Assembly (NCBI RefSeq): GCF_004010195.1
Contig: NC_057750.1
Location: forward strand, 14,095,265 to 14,159,264
From: Chiloscyllium plagiosum
Lineage: Eukaryota
DNA: 64,000 nucleotides
Direction: 5' to 3'
Made by a program: the position numbers and the translations under genes. The stretch's first letter is position 1. Every line of letters begins with the position of its first letter. Below, piece by piece: positions 40,101 to 53,857 of this stretch. The notes beneath the pieces were generated by a model. It was not told where the DNA came from and made no database searches. It saw nothing but the letters and a program-made list of their open reading frames with translations.

Positions 40101-40940
40101 ATAAGCTGGGAAGTATTAATCTAATTATGATGTAGATATAGGAAATGCTGTTCCAATTAAGCAACATGCTTATAGGCTTAACCCTCTAAAGTTGGTGCAG
40201 GTTCAAAAAGAGATTGAACACATGCTCCAAGACAACATAGTCAAAGTGAGTTGTAATGACTGGAGCTCACCCATGGTAATGTGTCAAAACCTAATAGTAC
40301 CAAATGGTTATGCGTAGACTATCGCAAAGTCATTGCGGTTCCAAAATCTGATTCATATCCAATTCCACATTTCAAAGACTTTATTGAAAAGGTGGGACAA
40401 CAATTTATATTTTTAAGTTAGACTTATTCTGAGGATACTGGCCTTTGTCTGAAAGAGCGAAGACAATTTTGGCTTTTTTAACACTAAATGGACTACATCA
40501 ATTTAAAGTCACGCCATTTGGTATGAAAAATGCGCTAGCCACATTTCAAAGTGTAACCAATAAAGTCTATTCTGGATTACCCAATTGTGTAGTATATATC
40601 GACGATTTTTAGTCACACATGGAAAGGCCATTTATCAGAATTTTTTCAATTGACTTCGGGAGGCAGGCTTGGTGATAAACCTGGGTAGCAATGAATTTGC
40701 CAAAGCCCCTCAAGCCATGTTCCTGGGCCATGTTATCAGACATAGACAGATGGCCCCACAGAATGTGAAAACAAAGGTTATTGGGGAGTTTCCTACACCA
40801 TCGACAAAGAGGGAAGTACTATAATTCTTGGAATTGAGTGGGTTTTATTGGAAATTTGTACTGGTTTCATTGGGCAGCAGACTTACAAAATGCATTTGAC
40901 AGCCTGAAGGTTGTATTAACCACTATCCCAGTATTAGAAG
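34168..40940 (+). mobile_element. Gmr1-type Ty3/Gypsy LTR retrotransposon, degenerate, interrupted by a CR1 LINE
   Basis: 5' LTR 34168-34728 (TGTGAC...ATAACA). tRNA-Pro-like PBS ttggggactcttgacaggat at ~34731. Gag from 34872 with knuckle CFHCNKVGH (~35602). Protease VLRDMGS (~35872). Integrase GPY tail (39771-) lies before RT remnants (~40130-40940, including VYIDD). No 3' LTR seen. Confidence 0.85.
36127..39481 (-). mobile_element. CR1-clade LINE, near full length: ORF1 esterase C-half + ORF2 APE endonuclease/RT, frameshifted
   Basis: ORF1 VIVHVGTNDIG (SGNH esterase-like). ORF2 MKCVYFNARSI, ATLDLVL, SDHN, GFVKGRSCLTNL, GVPQGSVLGP, SKFADNTK, LEYCEQFWSP. AGAACAT-type 3' tail near 36128. Confidence 0.93.
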
Positions 40941-40959
40941 TCAAATGGTATGTTAGCTT

Positions 40960-41770
40960 CATTATGACAGGATTCCAGTAAGGAGTAGGAATTTCTTGCT
41001 ACAGTTCTGAGTGAAGCCACACCTGATATACTGTGTGCAGTTTGGTCTCCTTATCTGAAGAAGGATCTCCTGGCTATGGTTCATAACAAAGGTTTATCAG
41101 ACTAATTTTTGAGAGGCAGGATTGACATATGAAGAGAGACTGGACCATTTAGGTTGATATTCACTGGGGTTTAGAAGAATGAGGGGGTAATCACATAGAA
41201 AACTATACAAGATAGTAGATAGCTTACACCTAGAAGGAGAGTTTATCTCTAAGGAGAGATAAACTGCATTGGAGGCAGTCCAGAGAAGGTTCAGGTTAAG
41301 GTTGATCTTCGGTATGGAGGGATTGTCTTATGAAGAGAGATTGAATAGGTTGAGGCTGGACTCATAGGAGTTTTGGAGAATGAGAGGCAATCTTATTGAA
41401 ACATACAAGGTTCTTAAGGTGACATGACAGAGTAGACGTAGAGAGGTTGTTTCCCCTGGTCAAAGAATCTAGGATCAGAAAGCATAAATCTCAGAGTAAG
41501 GGGTCACCCATTTAGGACAGAGATGGAATTTGTTCTCTCAGAGGGATGTGAATCTAGAATTCTTTACTACAAGGTGCTATAGAGATTGGAGCTTAAGTAT
41601 ATTCAGGGTGAGACAGACAGATTTTTAATCAGTAGGGGAATTAAAGGTAATGGGAAAAAGATGGGGTAAAGTAAAGTTGAAAATGATCAAATTAGCCACA
41701 ACCTCAAAAAATGGTGGAGCAGACTTGATGGGCTGAATAGCCTACTTCTGTTCATTTGTCTTATGGTCTT
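40960..41770 (+). mobile_element. Two CR1 3' fragments
   Basis: YCVQFWSPYL, LEAVQRRF and GNLIETYK motifs. Confidence 0.75.
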
Positions 41771-44126
41771 ACTTAGGGATAGGTAATAAATGTTAGTCTA
41801 GCCAGTGATACACATATCCCATGAATGAATTAAAGAAAAATAATTTTTTCTGGTATTGCAGCATTATTTTAGTTTTTCCAATTACAATTTATAATGGGTT
41901 ATTTAAACATTGTGCAGTAGATGCACCAACCAAATGAATAGGCTCAGGTATGATGGCAGCACTTTGATAGCATCTTCATGATCTGACAGCAAAGAGAAAA
42001 TTACTTTTCTGAATTTACCAATTATAGTCATACTCTGGAGACTATCATTGAGACTGCACAATCAGTTTGCCAGAGAAATTCAATAACATTATACCAAGCT
42101 CATATGAATGCTGACTTTAAAAATAAACTAAAGCAAGGTGAAAGTGGCACATATCTGACCTTCAAAGACTTGAGGTCTGGGGAATATTGTGATACAAAAT
42201 ATTAAGGGGAAAGGGACCTCCAAACATATAGAATGATGGATGAGAAGCGTACAGCCACTTCTGACAGTAAATACGCCACTTGCTACACTGGTAAAGAACA
42301 AATAAGATATGCCCTTACACACATGCCTAAAATAAATAATGAATGTGTACATAAGGAACACAATGCTTGCTTCTTGACCCTGCTACAACATTGAACTTTA
42401 TCAAAGATAGCCAGTGCCAGTTCTGCCCGCCCTCAAAAAACAAATGTATATGCCATGTGAGTAAACAAAGTACATAATCACTGCCCAATTGCAAGGTCTT
42501 CAACTATGACCTCTCCTTCATGATCTTGATCTCCAGGACCTCTCCAAGCATCTCCCTACTTGGCTCCAAACTTCAAGTTCCTCCTGTTTCCCTTTTGAAG
42601 CCCTGATGTTATTCCTGAGGCCTGTGATCTTCTTAACCAATCTCAAGAACAGTCCTGATCTCAATAATCAATTCCCAGCTTTCATCACAGAATCTCAGAA
42701 CTACCCCCTTTCTCTTTCAGACTCCCATGAAGCAACCCCATCACTTACCTGAAAACTGAAATTGTAACTTGTTCAGGCTCCAACTATCAACATCCTGATG
42801 GAGTCTGGGGTACAAAATCAGAACCTCCCATATGAGTGTGATTTGTTAGAACTGTACATCTGCCCACATTGAAGGCCAGTACTTTGGTAAAGCCCTGCTT
42901 TGGGTGATCAGCATCCCCTCTCCAAGATGCTGGTTCCACCTACTTACAGCTGCCAGTCAATTCAAATGTAGTTTTCATCAGCAGCATTACATGGGAAGCA
43001 GTGGCAGTTGGAGGAAAGACACTTTTGGAGGACCAGAACTGTGGAGCATCCCAAGGCATAGTTTTGCAGATGGAGATCATAGGGTAAGGAGGTCCAGCAT
43101 GTTGTGGGGATGATCATATCTAGAGGCAGGGGTGACTGTTAGCAAAAGTCACTTCCCAATGTTGAGTAATTTCAAGCGTTTAATGATTTTAAAGAAGGAA
43201 TTGTCCCTCAAACCGCTACCCAACCCCCATGCCATGAAAAGCCAGGCAGTCTGCATAGGTTGCTTGTTGCACACATTGTTTAGTGACAGGGCTGCTTGCA
43301 GCAGGGTTAATACTAGCAGCGGAGGAGTGAGACACTTAAATAGACAATAATTGTTAACTTAACAGCCTGAATTGACAGCAGTGGGAAATCCAATTAGTTG
43401 TCTTTCTCGCCCAGGTTTAATCAGGATTGAGGTGGGAAGGATCACTAGAGAAGGAAGAAGATTCCACCCTATGAACTGTAAAGAACTAAAAGTGGATCAA
43501 AAGAAAGCATACACAGCAGATGTCTACAAACAAGGAACAACATTTTCTCTAGGTTCTGAATTGATATCAGATAGCCCAAAAATTGACTCCACCAAATCTT
43601 GTACAAATATTTAGAAGAACTGTTTATTTGATCTATAGATTTAGTTTGAATAGTAAAGTGTAGAACCTGAAAATTAAAGTTAGTCCATCAGAATATAAAG
43701 GATTATTCCTGGGAGGATCTAACCAGTGTTCTTCAAGTGTTCACCAGAACTGTGTCGTGTAGTCTAACTAGAGCTTCAGTGATTATTCTTAGTGGCAATA
43801 ATATGTAGCTAAAATGGTAATTCTTCAGTTAAACCTGATGTTTCAGAAGAAATTATCGTGTATTTTAGACATAACTAGCTGTTATGAAATATGTTATAAA
43901 CTTAAGACAGAGCCAAATACATTTTATGGATACACTTCCCCAATTGGTATCAATAGCTTGAAAGAATAAGAAGGATTGATGGCAACAAATCTACTTATAA
44001 TATGTCAGCAGTGCCAGTAACCAACATTATAAGAAAAAGAAGCGTCAGTTGTTTTCTTTTAGCACATTTACAAATATTTGTTTATTTGTTTTTGAAGATG
44101 TATGGTTAGTGTACATGTAAATAGGT

Positions 44127-46289
44127 CCACCTGGACACCCCGTGCTGGCCTCTTACCCATTCTCGATCTCTTCATATCCAACTGCCACCGCGACATTGAC
44201 CACCTCAACCTGTCCACCCCTCTCACCCACTCCAACCTCTCACTCTCACGACGCGCAGCTCTCCACTCCCTCTGCTCCAACCCCAACCTCACCATCAAAT
44301 CAGCAGACAAGGCAGGCATAGTGGTAGTTTGGCGCACCAATCTTTACACCGCTGAGCTAGACGCCAACTCACGGACACCTCCTCCTACTGCCCCCTTGAC
44401 CATGACCCCACCTTCCACCACCAAACTACCATCTTCCAGACCATCCATAACCTCATCACCTCAGGCGATCTCCCATCCATCGCCTCCAACCTCATAGTCC
44501 CACAACCCCGCACCGCCCGTTTCTACCTCCTGCCCAAAATCTACAAACCCGACTGCCCCTGCCAACCCATTGTCTCAGCCTGCTCTTGCCCCACCGAACT
44601 CATCTCTGCATACCTCGACACTGTCCTGTCCCCTTTAGTCCAAGAACTCCCCACCTATGTTTGGGACACCACCCACGCCCTACACCTCCTCCATGATTTT
44701 TGCTTCCCTGGCCCCCCAACACCTTATCTTCACCATGGACATCCAGTCCCTATACACTTCCATTCCCCATCACGAAGGCCTCCAAGCCTTCTGCTACTTC
44801 CTCTCCCGCAGACCCAACCAGTACTCTTCCACTGACAGCCTCCTTCGACTGACTGAACTGATCCTCACTCTTAACAACTTCTCCTTCCAATCCTCCCACT
44901 TCCTACAAACCAAAAGAGTAGCCATGGGAACCCGCATGGGCCCCAGCTTTGCCTGCCTCTTCGTAGGATATGTGGAAGAGTCCATCTTCCGCAGCTACAC
45001 TGGCACCACCCCCCACCTGTTCCTCCGCGATATCGATGATTGTATTGGCACTACCTCGTGCTCCCACTAAGAGGTTGAACAGTTCATCCACTTTACTAAC
45101 ACCTTCCACCCCGACCTCAAATTTACCTGGACTCCTCCCTCCCCTTCCTAGACCTCTCCATTTCTATCTTGGGCGACCGAATCAACACAGACATTTATAC
45201 AAACTGACCGAGTCCCACAGCTACCTAGATTACACCTCCTCCCACCCTGTCCCCTGTAAAACCGTCATCCCATATTCCCAATTCCTTCGCCTCCGCCGCA
45301 TCTGCTCCCAGGAGGACCAATTCCAATACCGAACAACCCAGATAGCCTCCTTCTTCAAAGACCGCAATTTCCCCTCCGACGTGGTCGACGATGCTCTCCA
45401 TCGCATCTCCTCCACTTCCCACACCTCCATCCTTGAACCCCACCCCTCCAATCGCCACCAGGACAGAACCCCACTGGTCCTCACCTTCCATCCCACCAAC
45501 CTCCGGATACATCGTATCATCCTCCATCATTTCCGCCACCTCCGAACAGACCCCACCACCAGGGTTATATTCCCCTCCCCACCCCTATCGGTGTTCCGGA
45601 GAGACCACTCCCTCCGCGACTTCCTCGTCAGGTCCACACCCCCCAACAACCCAACCTCCACTCCCGGCACCTTCCCCTGCAACCGCAAGAAGTGCAAAAC
45701 TTGCGGCCACACCTCCCCCCTCACCTCCCTCCAAGGCCACAATGGATCCTTCCATATCCGTCGCAAATTCACCTGCACCTCCACACACATCATTTACTGT
45801 ATCCGTTGCATCCGATGTGGTCTCCGCTACATTGGGGAGACAGGCCGCCCACTTGCGGAACGTTTCAGAGAACACCTCTGAGACACCTGCACCAACCAAC
45901 CCAACCGTCCCTTGGCTGAATACTTTAACTCCCCCTCCCACTCCACCAAGGACATGCAGGTCCTTGGCCTCCTCCATCGCCAGACCCTGATCACACGATG
46001 CCTGGAGGAAGAGCGCCTCATCTTCCGCCTAGGAACCCTCCAACCACATGAGATGAATGTAGTTTTCCCTCACCTCCTTCCACCTATCGTATTCCCAGTG
46101 CCCCTCCCCCAAATTCCCTCCCCCCTACCTTTTATCTCAGCCCGCCTGGCGCACCAGCCTCATTCCTGAAGAAGGGCTTATGTCCGAAATGTCGATTCTC
46201 CTGCTCCTCGGACGCTGCCGGCCTACTGTGTTTTTCCAGCATCACATTTTTCAACTCTGGTCTCTAGCATCTGCAGTCCTCACTTTCTC
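44127..46289 (+). mobile_element. Penelope-like retroelement, 5'-truncated (RT + GIY-YIG endonuclease, disrupted)
   Basis: RT motifs FTMDIQSLYTSIPH, MGTRMGPSFACLFVGYVEE and FLRDIDD. GIY-YIG region IIYCIRCIRCGLRYIGETGRPLAERFREHL. Stops and frameshifts present. Perfect 13-bp TSD CATGTAAATAGGT at 44114-44126 and 46290-46302. Confidence 0.92.
46161..46198 (+). ncRNA. Hammerhead-like motif in the Penelope 3' end
   Basis: cattc-CTGAAGA-a-gggc(ttat)gtcc-GAAA-tGTC-gattc. Confidence 0.5.
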
Positions 46290-47093
46290 CATGTAAATAG
46301 GTGATTAAAGCAAGAAATATTTTTGAAAGGGAGCAATGTATGAACATGCCGAGTGCATGATAACATTGTTAAACAAGTGTTCTGGTTACAAAAACAGAAA
46401 TTGCTGGAAAAGCTCAGCAGGTCTGGCAGTAGCTGTGGAGAGAAAACACATTTAATGTTTCAGGACATGTGACCCTTCCTCAGAACCTGTTGGACATGCT
46501 CAATGGACTGATTCCTGTTTCTAAGTTCCTAACATTTAAACATTATTTCAGTACTACTCAGCAAAACTATCACTCACCCAACATAATCGTGAAATATGTA
46601 GTCGATAAAAGCTTCTGGAATTACACTATTATTATGATCACAGATGATAAGACAGGACAAGTCAAATACCAGAGTACATCCTGCCTTGGTAGATCATAAG
46701 CTGTAATTTTACAATTTGGTTAACAGGATGGTCAATCACTGAAGATATTCACATAAGGCTACCATCATATATTTAACAAAAAATGTTAATGATGCAATGT
46801 GAAGGACAGTTCTGAGTTATATTTGCCATTTTTAAATGCCTCTCAAGTTGGCCAGCCTTGATAAAAGTCCATTACCTAGTACTAACCCTTGTAGCCATCT
46901 GCTCTATTGCATTCTAAGCATGAATAGAGAGCATCATAGTCCCCCTGCAAATACAGAATGTATCTCTTCTTTTCCACATTCTTCTCCAAGACTTTTAGCA
47001 TCAGACAATATCCCAAATTCAATCATTTTTCTCTCATTCTCAAATCAAATTGAACTCACAATGGACTTCCAGAACCCATCCTGCAATAATGCA

Positions 47094-47246
47094 AAGATAA
47101 AAAAAAACTGAAAGAATTGTGGATGCTGGAAATCTGAATCAAAAACAGATTATCGAAAATTTCAGCTGTCTAAAACCAGAATTAACATTTCGAGTCCAGG
47201 GACCCTTGTTCAGAACTGCTGAGATTTTTCATATTCTCCGTTTATG
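47094..47246. mobile_element. Older Penelope-derived fragment / hairpin
   Basis: tgtggatgctggaaatctg tail. Perfect TSD CTGCAATAATGCA at 47081-47093 and 47247-47259. Confidence 0.65.
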
Positions 47247-48324
47247 CTGCAATAATGCATCTTCATTTTAAAGAATGTAGGTTGGCTTTAAACAGTGCAG
47301 GATAAATTTAAGTAGTCAAAGCAAGTTATCATTTTGGGTCCCCTTGCCGATGCACGCAGCCAATCAACGACACAGCTAATGGTGGTTACACACAGAAATC
47401 ACAGTGATAATGCAGGCAGTGTGAAGGAAGACATCATACTGCTTGTACTACATAGATTGTGGTTTATTCACAATGCTTTGGAGCTAAGCAATAGCCCACT
47501 AGAGGGAAAAGCTTCTGATCCAGTTCATGAAGAGATCGTCACCCAAATCTGTCTGAATTATATTGAAAAACCAATCTAAGTCAAATAGAAAATCTAGACA
47601 ACGCTGTGGACTGATATCTGGCATTTACTGTTTCCTTTGTCTGATATTCATGGGTTCTACTGAGTTCAACACATTACAGTTCCAATATAATTACCTTGTT
47701 TCATCCTGTTTTTGACATGGTGCTGCTTCTGTTTTCTGGCATTTAAGTTCAGTAGTAGCTACTGATTAGCCAATATCATCCATTCTACTTCCATTTAATC
47801 TTTGGCAGGTAACTTAAACAAATCATCTACATTTACCTCTATTATCTATTAGAATTTGGTTGTTTCCTTCTTTTATTTGTTGTTTTAATAGTCTAAAAAA
47901 ACTTGCAAAGACATTTTAATATGGATTTTTTTTCTTTTGCCTTGTGGTCACAGTAACTCAGGAAGCCTGACTGGGAAGGAACATCATCTATTATTGAACA
48001 CTAAAATTGTGCCACCACTATACAATGGCTACTCCCAGCCCAGGACACACAGTTGTAGCAACCCACACCTAGGTCTGATTGTTTTCTTTTATATCCAGAA
48101 GTGCTTTTACATACAAGTGAACACTGCACCACCGCAACGCCCCCCCCCCCCCCAACCCCACCACCTCCCACCACCCCCATGCCATTACAGTGGTTTTTAA
48201 AAATCTATTAGCCACCACCAATTTCCAATTGAATAATTTATATGCAAAGCTCATTAAGGGCAATGCAAACCATCAACTGGGCCTGCTTAATTTTTTTTTC
48301 TGGGCCAACTTCTCCTTTCCAAAC

Positions 48325-48720
48325 ATTTTGTTCAGGGATATCATCATACACCTCTGAGACAGGTGGGACTTGAACCTGAGTCACCTGGTCCAGAGACATG
48401 GACACTACCAATGTGCCAAAAGAAACCTTTTAGACCAGCTTAGCTTTTCCTTTCTAATCAATCTGTTCAGAAATGTTATTACATACCCCTTCAGCAAGTG
48501 GGACTTGAACCGATATCTCCTGGTTCACAGGTAGGGATGCTACCACTGCATCACAAGTATTCCTTAGGCTAGCTTCATTATTTTCTTAACTCAGCCTATC
48601 TTTCTAATTAGCCTCTGCAGAAATGTTAATATACAACTCTGGAGCAGATGGGACTTGAACCCAGATCTTCTGGTTCACCAGTGGAGATGCTATCACTGCA
48701 CCACTGACAACCCCTTGGGC
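48325..48720 (-). repeat. Three tandem diverged copies of a tRNA-like SINE head
   Basis: gggacttgaacc (B box, reverse complement) at ~48365, 48500 and 48650. Monomers occur at ~3508, 19225, 56345 and 63690. Confidence 0.7.
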
Positions 48721-49802
48721 CAGGTTTCTTTTTAAAATATAAAGGGCTCAGGTAGTGAGTACCAGTTACCTTATTGGGGTTATCAACAGTTTCCTGGTCT
48801 ATCCCTGTGATTAATCAACATACATGAACTGAAGACCATAGCCAAACCCTCCTGCATTTACTCCCTAACATGACCTAACTAATCTTCCAACCCAGTCCAA
48901 CCACCTACCTCCTGACCACTCACCCAACCTGACCCAACTAGCCAACCTCACCTAACATGCAGCTTGACTATCCCCTGATCCAATCTGAATACCCTGACTT
49001 GACCACCTTTCCACCAAATTATCTTTCGGAACTGATCATCTCCTGACCTAATTAACTCCTGACCCAACCCAACCATTCACTTTAGATCCAATTATTTAGA
49101 TACTATTGATTTAACTCAGGTTTTGTAGTTACTGAATTGACCTAATTCAGTCAAAAGACATTTTATTTATAGACCATTCCATAAACTGCATACCTGTACA
49201 GCACAGGACTAGGAAGGTTTTTAAAGTTGAAACACTGGTTCTTTTTGCATTAATCACCCTGACTAATCATCTCCAGGATATCATATAGATTTTTTTGCTT
49301 TTTCATTTTTGGAGAAGAAATAGTTTATGGAGGCATAGGAGCAGGAAGACCAGCCTTGGTAATCATAATGGATATTAGCTGGCTGTGTTGAAGCACAGCC
49401 GTCAAGAGGGTATGCCTGTGGAAGTTCTTATCCCGATCGTGAGGTCCATAGGCCAAACATCACTTTGCTCATCTTACAATAAAAGTGCATCAGCAGATTG
49501 TCTCACATCTGTGCAACCTCTTGTAGTTGGACCAGCTACTCACTGGGTGACAAGGACCTGCTTTACTGGTGACTATGAAAATTGTATCATCATTGCCTCA
49601 GGAGTCATTACCCACATCTCTGGGTCTGCAGTTTTCAGCTGCAATAAGCAAATCATTAATACCCATTAACAAGACTCAGTAAGTACATTAACTTTCCAAA
49701 GATTTGCTTCAGTTAGAGCTTTGCAGCATTGGCTGGCTTCTCTTGTGCACTGAGCACCATTGTCTGCGTGAATGGAGGGTTCAGAATAGCAGATTTCAAG
49801 AT

Positions 49803-50580
49803 CACAGAGTCATAGAGTCAAACAGACCCTTCTGTCCAACCAATCCATGCTGATCATAATCCCAAACTAAGCAAGTTCCACCTGCCTGTTTCTGGCCAAT
49901 ATCCCTCCAAACATTTTCTATTCATGAACTTATCCAAATGTCTTTTAAATGTTGTAATTGTGCTCATATCCACCACTTCCTTAGGAAGTTCATTTCACAC
50001 ACGAACCATACTCTGTATAAAAGATTTGCCCCCGTGTTTTTAAGTGTCTCTCTTCACGCCTTAAAAAAATGTGTCCCCTAGTCTTGAAATCCCTTATCCG
50101 TGGGAAAAGACAGCTCCCATTAACTCTATCCATAGCCCTCATTATTTTATAAACTTCTGTCAGGTTGCCTCTTAACCTCCTACACTCCAGTGAAAAAAGT
50201 CCCAGCCTATCCAGCCTTTCTTTGTAACTCAAACCTTCCATACCTGACAACATCCTGGTAAATCTCTTTTGAACACCCTGTAGCTTAATAATATCCTTCC
50301 TATATCTGTGCAACCAGAACTGCACACAGTATTCCAGAAGAGGTCTCACCAATGTCCTGTACAACCTCAACATGACTTTCCAACTCCTATACTCAAATGA
50401 CTGAGCAATGAAGACAGGTATACCAAATGCCTTTTTAACCACCCTTCAAAGTATTATGTAGTACCTGAACCTCTAGGTTTGTTCTCCAACACTATCCAAG
50501 GCCCTGCCATTAATTCTATAATACCTACACTTGTTGTACCAAAATGCAATACCTCGCATTTATCCAGATTGAACTCCATG
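49803..50580 (-). mobile_element. CR1 3' fragment
   Basis: ORF 49990-50442 contains LYRTLVRPLLEYCVQFW. Confidence 0.88.
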
Positions 50581-51009
50581 TCCAGTTTCATACTTTTTAA
50601 TGTATTAAAATTTACTCAATTGACATATGTTGTGAAATTTTCCGTCAAAGATTTATGCTGGGAAGTTTTACTTAACATTACTTTTCTTTTTTTCCTTTTG
50701 CACTTACTGCCAGGAGGATGTCACACAAGTAGGCACGTCAGGTTCGCTCAACTTTAAACCGGCAAGTGAGCATTTTCATGGTGCTGACAAGGTTAGCTTT
50801 CTTCAGATTATACAGTCAATGATATGACAAAGACATTTGCCTTTGACCTCCGATGACCTCAGTCTGCTACCATAGCTGGAGGCAGAAGAGGAGCAACAGC
50901 ATCTGCAGGGCCAAGAGGACAAAGGAGGGATCAGGAGATGCCATGTTCTCCACAGTTCTACTAGACAATGAAAGACAATGGAGCAACAAAGACAGGAGTT
51001 TGTGAGGCA

Positions 51010-53760
51010 CAGCAGAAATTAATCCCAAGGAAGAAGTAACCTACTAAGGGGAGGACAAGGCAACCATTGCAGACAAAGGAAGTCAGGCACAGCATAAAAG
51101 CAAAAGAAAAAGCATACAATGTGCTGATGACGATTAATGGGAAGTCAGAGGATTGAGAAACCTTTAAAAACTAGCAGAAGACAACTGAAAAATCAGTGAA
51201 GGGGAAGAAGATGAAATATCAGAGTAAGTTACTTAGCTAGGAATATAAAGGGAGATTGCAAGAGAATGTTTTAGACATATAAAAGGTAAGAGAGAGACAA
51301 GAATTGACATTGGACTGCTGAAAAATGAGGCTGGAGAAATAGAAATGGGGATCAAAGAAATGATGGAGAAACTAAATATGTACTTTGCATCAGTCCTCAT
51401 GGTGAAAAACACCAGTAGCATACCAGAACTTCAAAAGAGTCAAGAGGCAGAGTTGAGTATAGTGGCCATCATTGAGGAGAAGGTGTTGGGGAAACTGAAA
51501 CGTCTGAAGGTGGATAAACCATCCAGACCAGATGGATTACACCCCAATGTCCTGAAGGAGATAGCTGAGGAGATTGTGGAAGAATTGGTTGTGATGTTTC
51601 AGGAATCGCTGGAGTCAATAAGGGTCCAGAAGACTGGAAACATGCCTGTTAAAGAAGGGACGGAGGCAGAAGACAGGAACTATAAGCTAGTTAGCCTGAT
51701 CTTGGTTTTCTGCTAAGATTTTAGAATCCAATATGTTACGAAGTTGTAGCTGTGTACTGTACCTTAAAGAGAGACTGGAAGCTAGCACGGACTTAAAGAC
51801 GCACAGTGTGTGCTGAAAGAATTTAAAATGTAACAGTTGACTGTGAAACCAATAGTGCAACTGAGTTGCCATGGCACACAACAGATTTGAATTTGGCCAA
51901 TCAGTTTAAATTATGCCCCAAGATACCAAAATCCAATCGAATTTGAATTTAGTGTTTTGATGACATCAAATCAATGAAATGATCCCGATGTTTTGGGTAT
52001 AAAACCAGGCATTTTGTACAGTTAGGTGGAGAACTGCCAAGAAAACCAATGAGTATGGACTGCTAGCCGAATAGCTCTCTGAAAGGTACCTGTCCATAAG
52101 AAATGAATGCAGCAGAACACCGAAACAAAGCGAGAGGCAAATCTACAGAGGCAAATCTACAAAGAAGAATCGACAAAGCTGACTGGTTTTGAAAATTGTT
52201 TTTTGTAAATCTTAATCGTTTTTTTTAATTGGACCAGTATTGTCGAATGGGAGGTAAATGATAGGTTTAAGGGAAAGGAGTTGTAAAATAGTTCTTGGTT
52301 TTAATATTCTCTGTTGGACTTAAAGAATGAAATTGTTAATTTTTACTTTAAATAATGACCTCTGGGATAGTTCTTTGCCTCTTGAAATTTAACAGATTAC
52401 GGTGTGAGGTGAGCTTTTGTGTGTGTCAGGTTTAAATTTGCAGAGGGGTTTATCCCGTGTCATAACAAATATTAAGAATGAGATTGTGGAGTATTTGGAA
52501 ATGCAATGGTAAAATAGGGCTGAGTCAACGCAGCTTTTTTAAGGCAATGTCATGTCTGACAAGTCTGTTAGCATCTTTGAGGAGGTAATGAGCAAGTGAT
52601 ATGATTTATTTGGATCTCCAGAAAGCCTTTGACAAGGTGCTACAAAGGAAGATGCTAAATAAGAGCCCATGGTGTTCAGAAGAAGGTACTGGCATTCATC
52701 AGAATTGGCTGGCAGGAAGAAGGCAGGGAGTGGAGATAAAGGGTTCGTTTTCAGAGTGTCAACCAGTAATCAGTGGAGTTACGCAGGGGTCAGTTTTGGC
52801 ATCATAACTATGCACATTCTACATCATCAATCTGGATAAAAAAAACTGAGGGCATTATTGCTAAGTTTGCAGATGACACAAAGATAGCTGGAAAGACAGA
52901 TAGTGCCAAGGTAGCAGGGAGGCTGTAGAAGTACTTGGACGGGCTAGGAAAAGTGGCAGATGATGGAATGCAATGTGGAGAATTGTGAGGTTATGTACTT
53001 TGGTTGGAAGAGTAGAGATGTAGACTATCTTCTAAATGGGGAAAGGCTTCAGAAATCTGAAGCACAAAGGGACTTAAGAATTCCAGTTCAAGATTCTCTT
53101 ACAGTTAACATTCAGGTTCAGTTTGCAGTTAGGCAGGCAAATACAATATTAGCATTCATTTTGAGGTGATTAGAATACAAAAGCAGGGATGTACTGCTGA
53201 GGCTGTATAATGCTCTGGGTAGACCATATTTGGAATATTGTGGGCAGTTTTGAGACCCATATGTAAGGATGGATGGGCTGGCCTTGGAAGGGGTCAAGAG
53301 GAGATTCATAAGAATGATTTGGTAATGAAGGGCTTGCAATATAAGGAGTGGTTGAGGACTATTTGTCTCTACTTGATGAAGTTTAGAAGGATGATGGGGG
53401 ATTTCATTGAAAGTTACAGAGTACTGAAAGGCCTAAATAGAATGGATGTGGAGAAGATGTTTTCACTAGTAAGAGAGACGAGGATCTGAGGGCACAGGCT
53501 CAGAGTGAAGGTACACTCCTTTATAACAGAGATGAAGAGGAATTTCTTCAGTCAGAAGGTGGAGAATCTGTAGAACCCTTTGCCACAGAAGGCTGTTGAA
53601 GCCAATGAGTGTCTTTAAGATAGAGATAGATGGGTTCTTGATTAGTAAAGGGATCGAGGGCAGGGAGAATTTGATTGAGAAATTTATCAGCCGTAGTCAA
53701 ATAGTGGAACAAACTTGATGGTTCAAAAGGCCAAATTTTCCTCCAGTATCTTATGATATA
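51010..53760 (+). mobile_element. CR1 LINE ORF2 remnant with an inserted solo LTR
   Basis: KVDKPSRPDGLHP, IYLDLQKAFDKV, GVTQGSVL, KFADDTK. Confidence 0.88.
51734..52467 (+). mobile_element. Solo LTR (Gypsy-like) inserted in a CR1
   Basis: TGTTACG...CATAACA termini, TSD AATA/AATA, TATAAAA at ~51998. Confidence 0.85.
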
Positions 53761-53857
53761 AGAATATAATATCACAAGTTAAGTGAAGTATGTCCAGTGG
53801 TTTCACTTCACAACAGAGGTTGTAACAAAGCTATATCACCTCTTCCAATATTAACTA

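Noticed and set aside
44970..45990. Long Pro/Ser-rich and antisense Gly/Val-rich ORFs
   Set aside because: Apart from the Penelope-coding frame, these are alternative frames of the C-rich Penelope sequence, not host genes.
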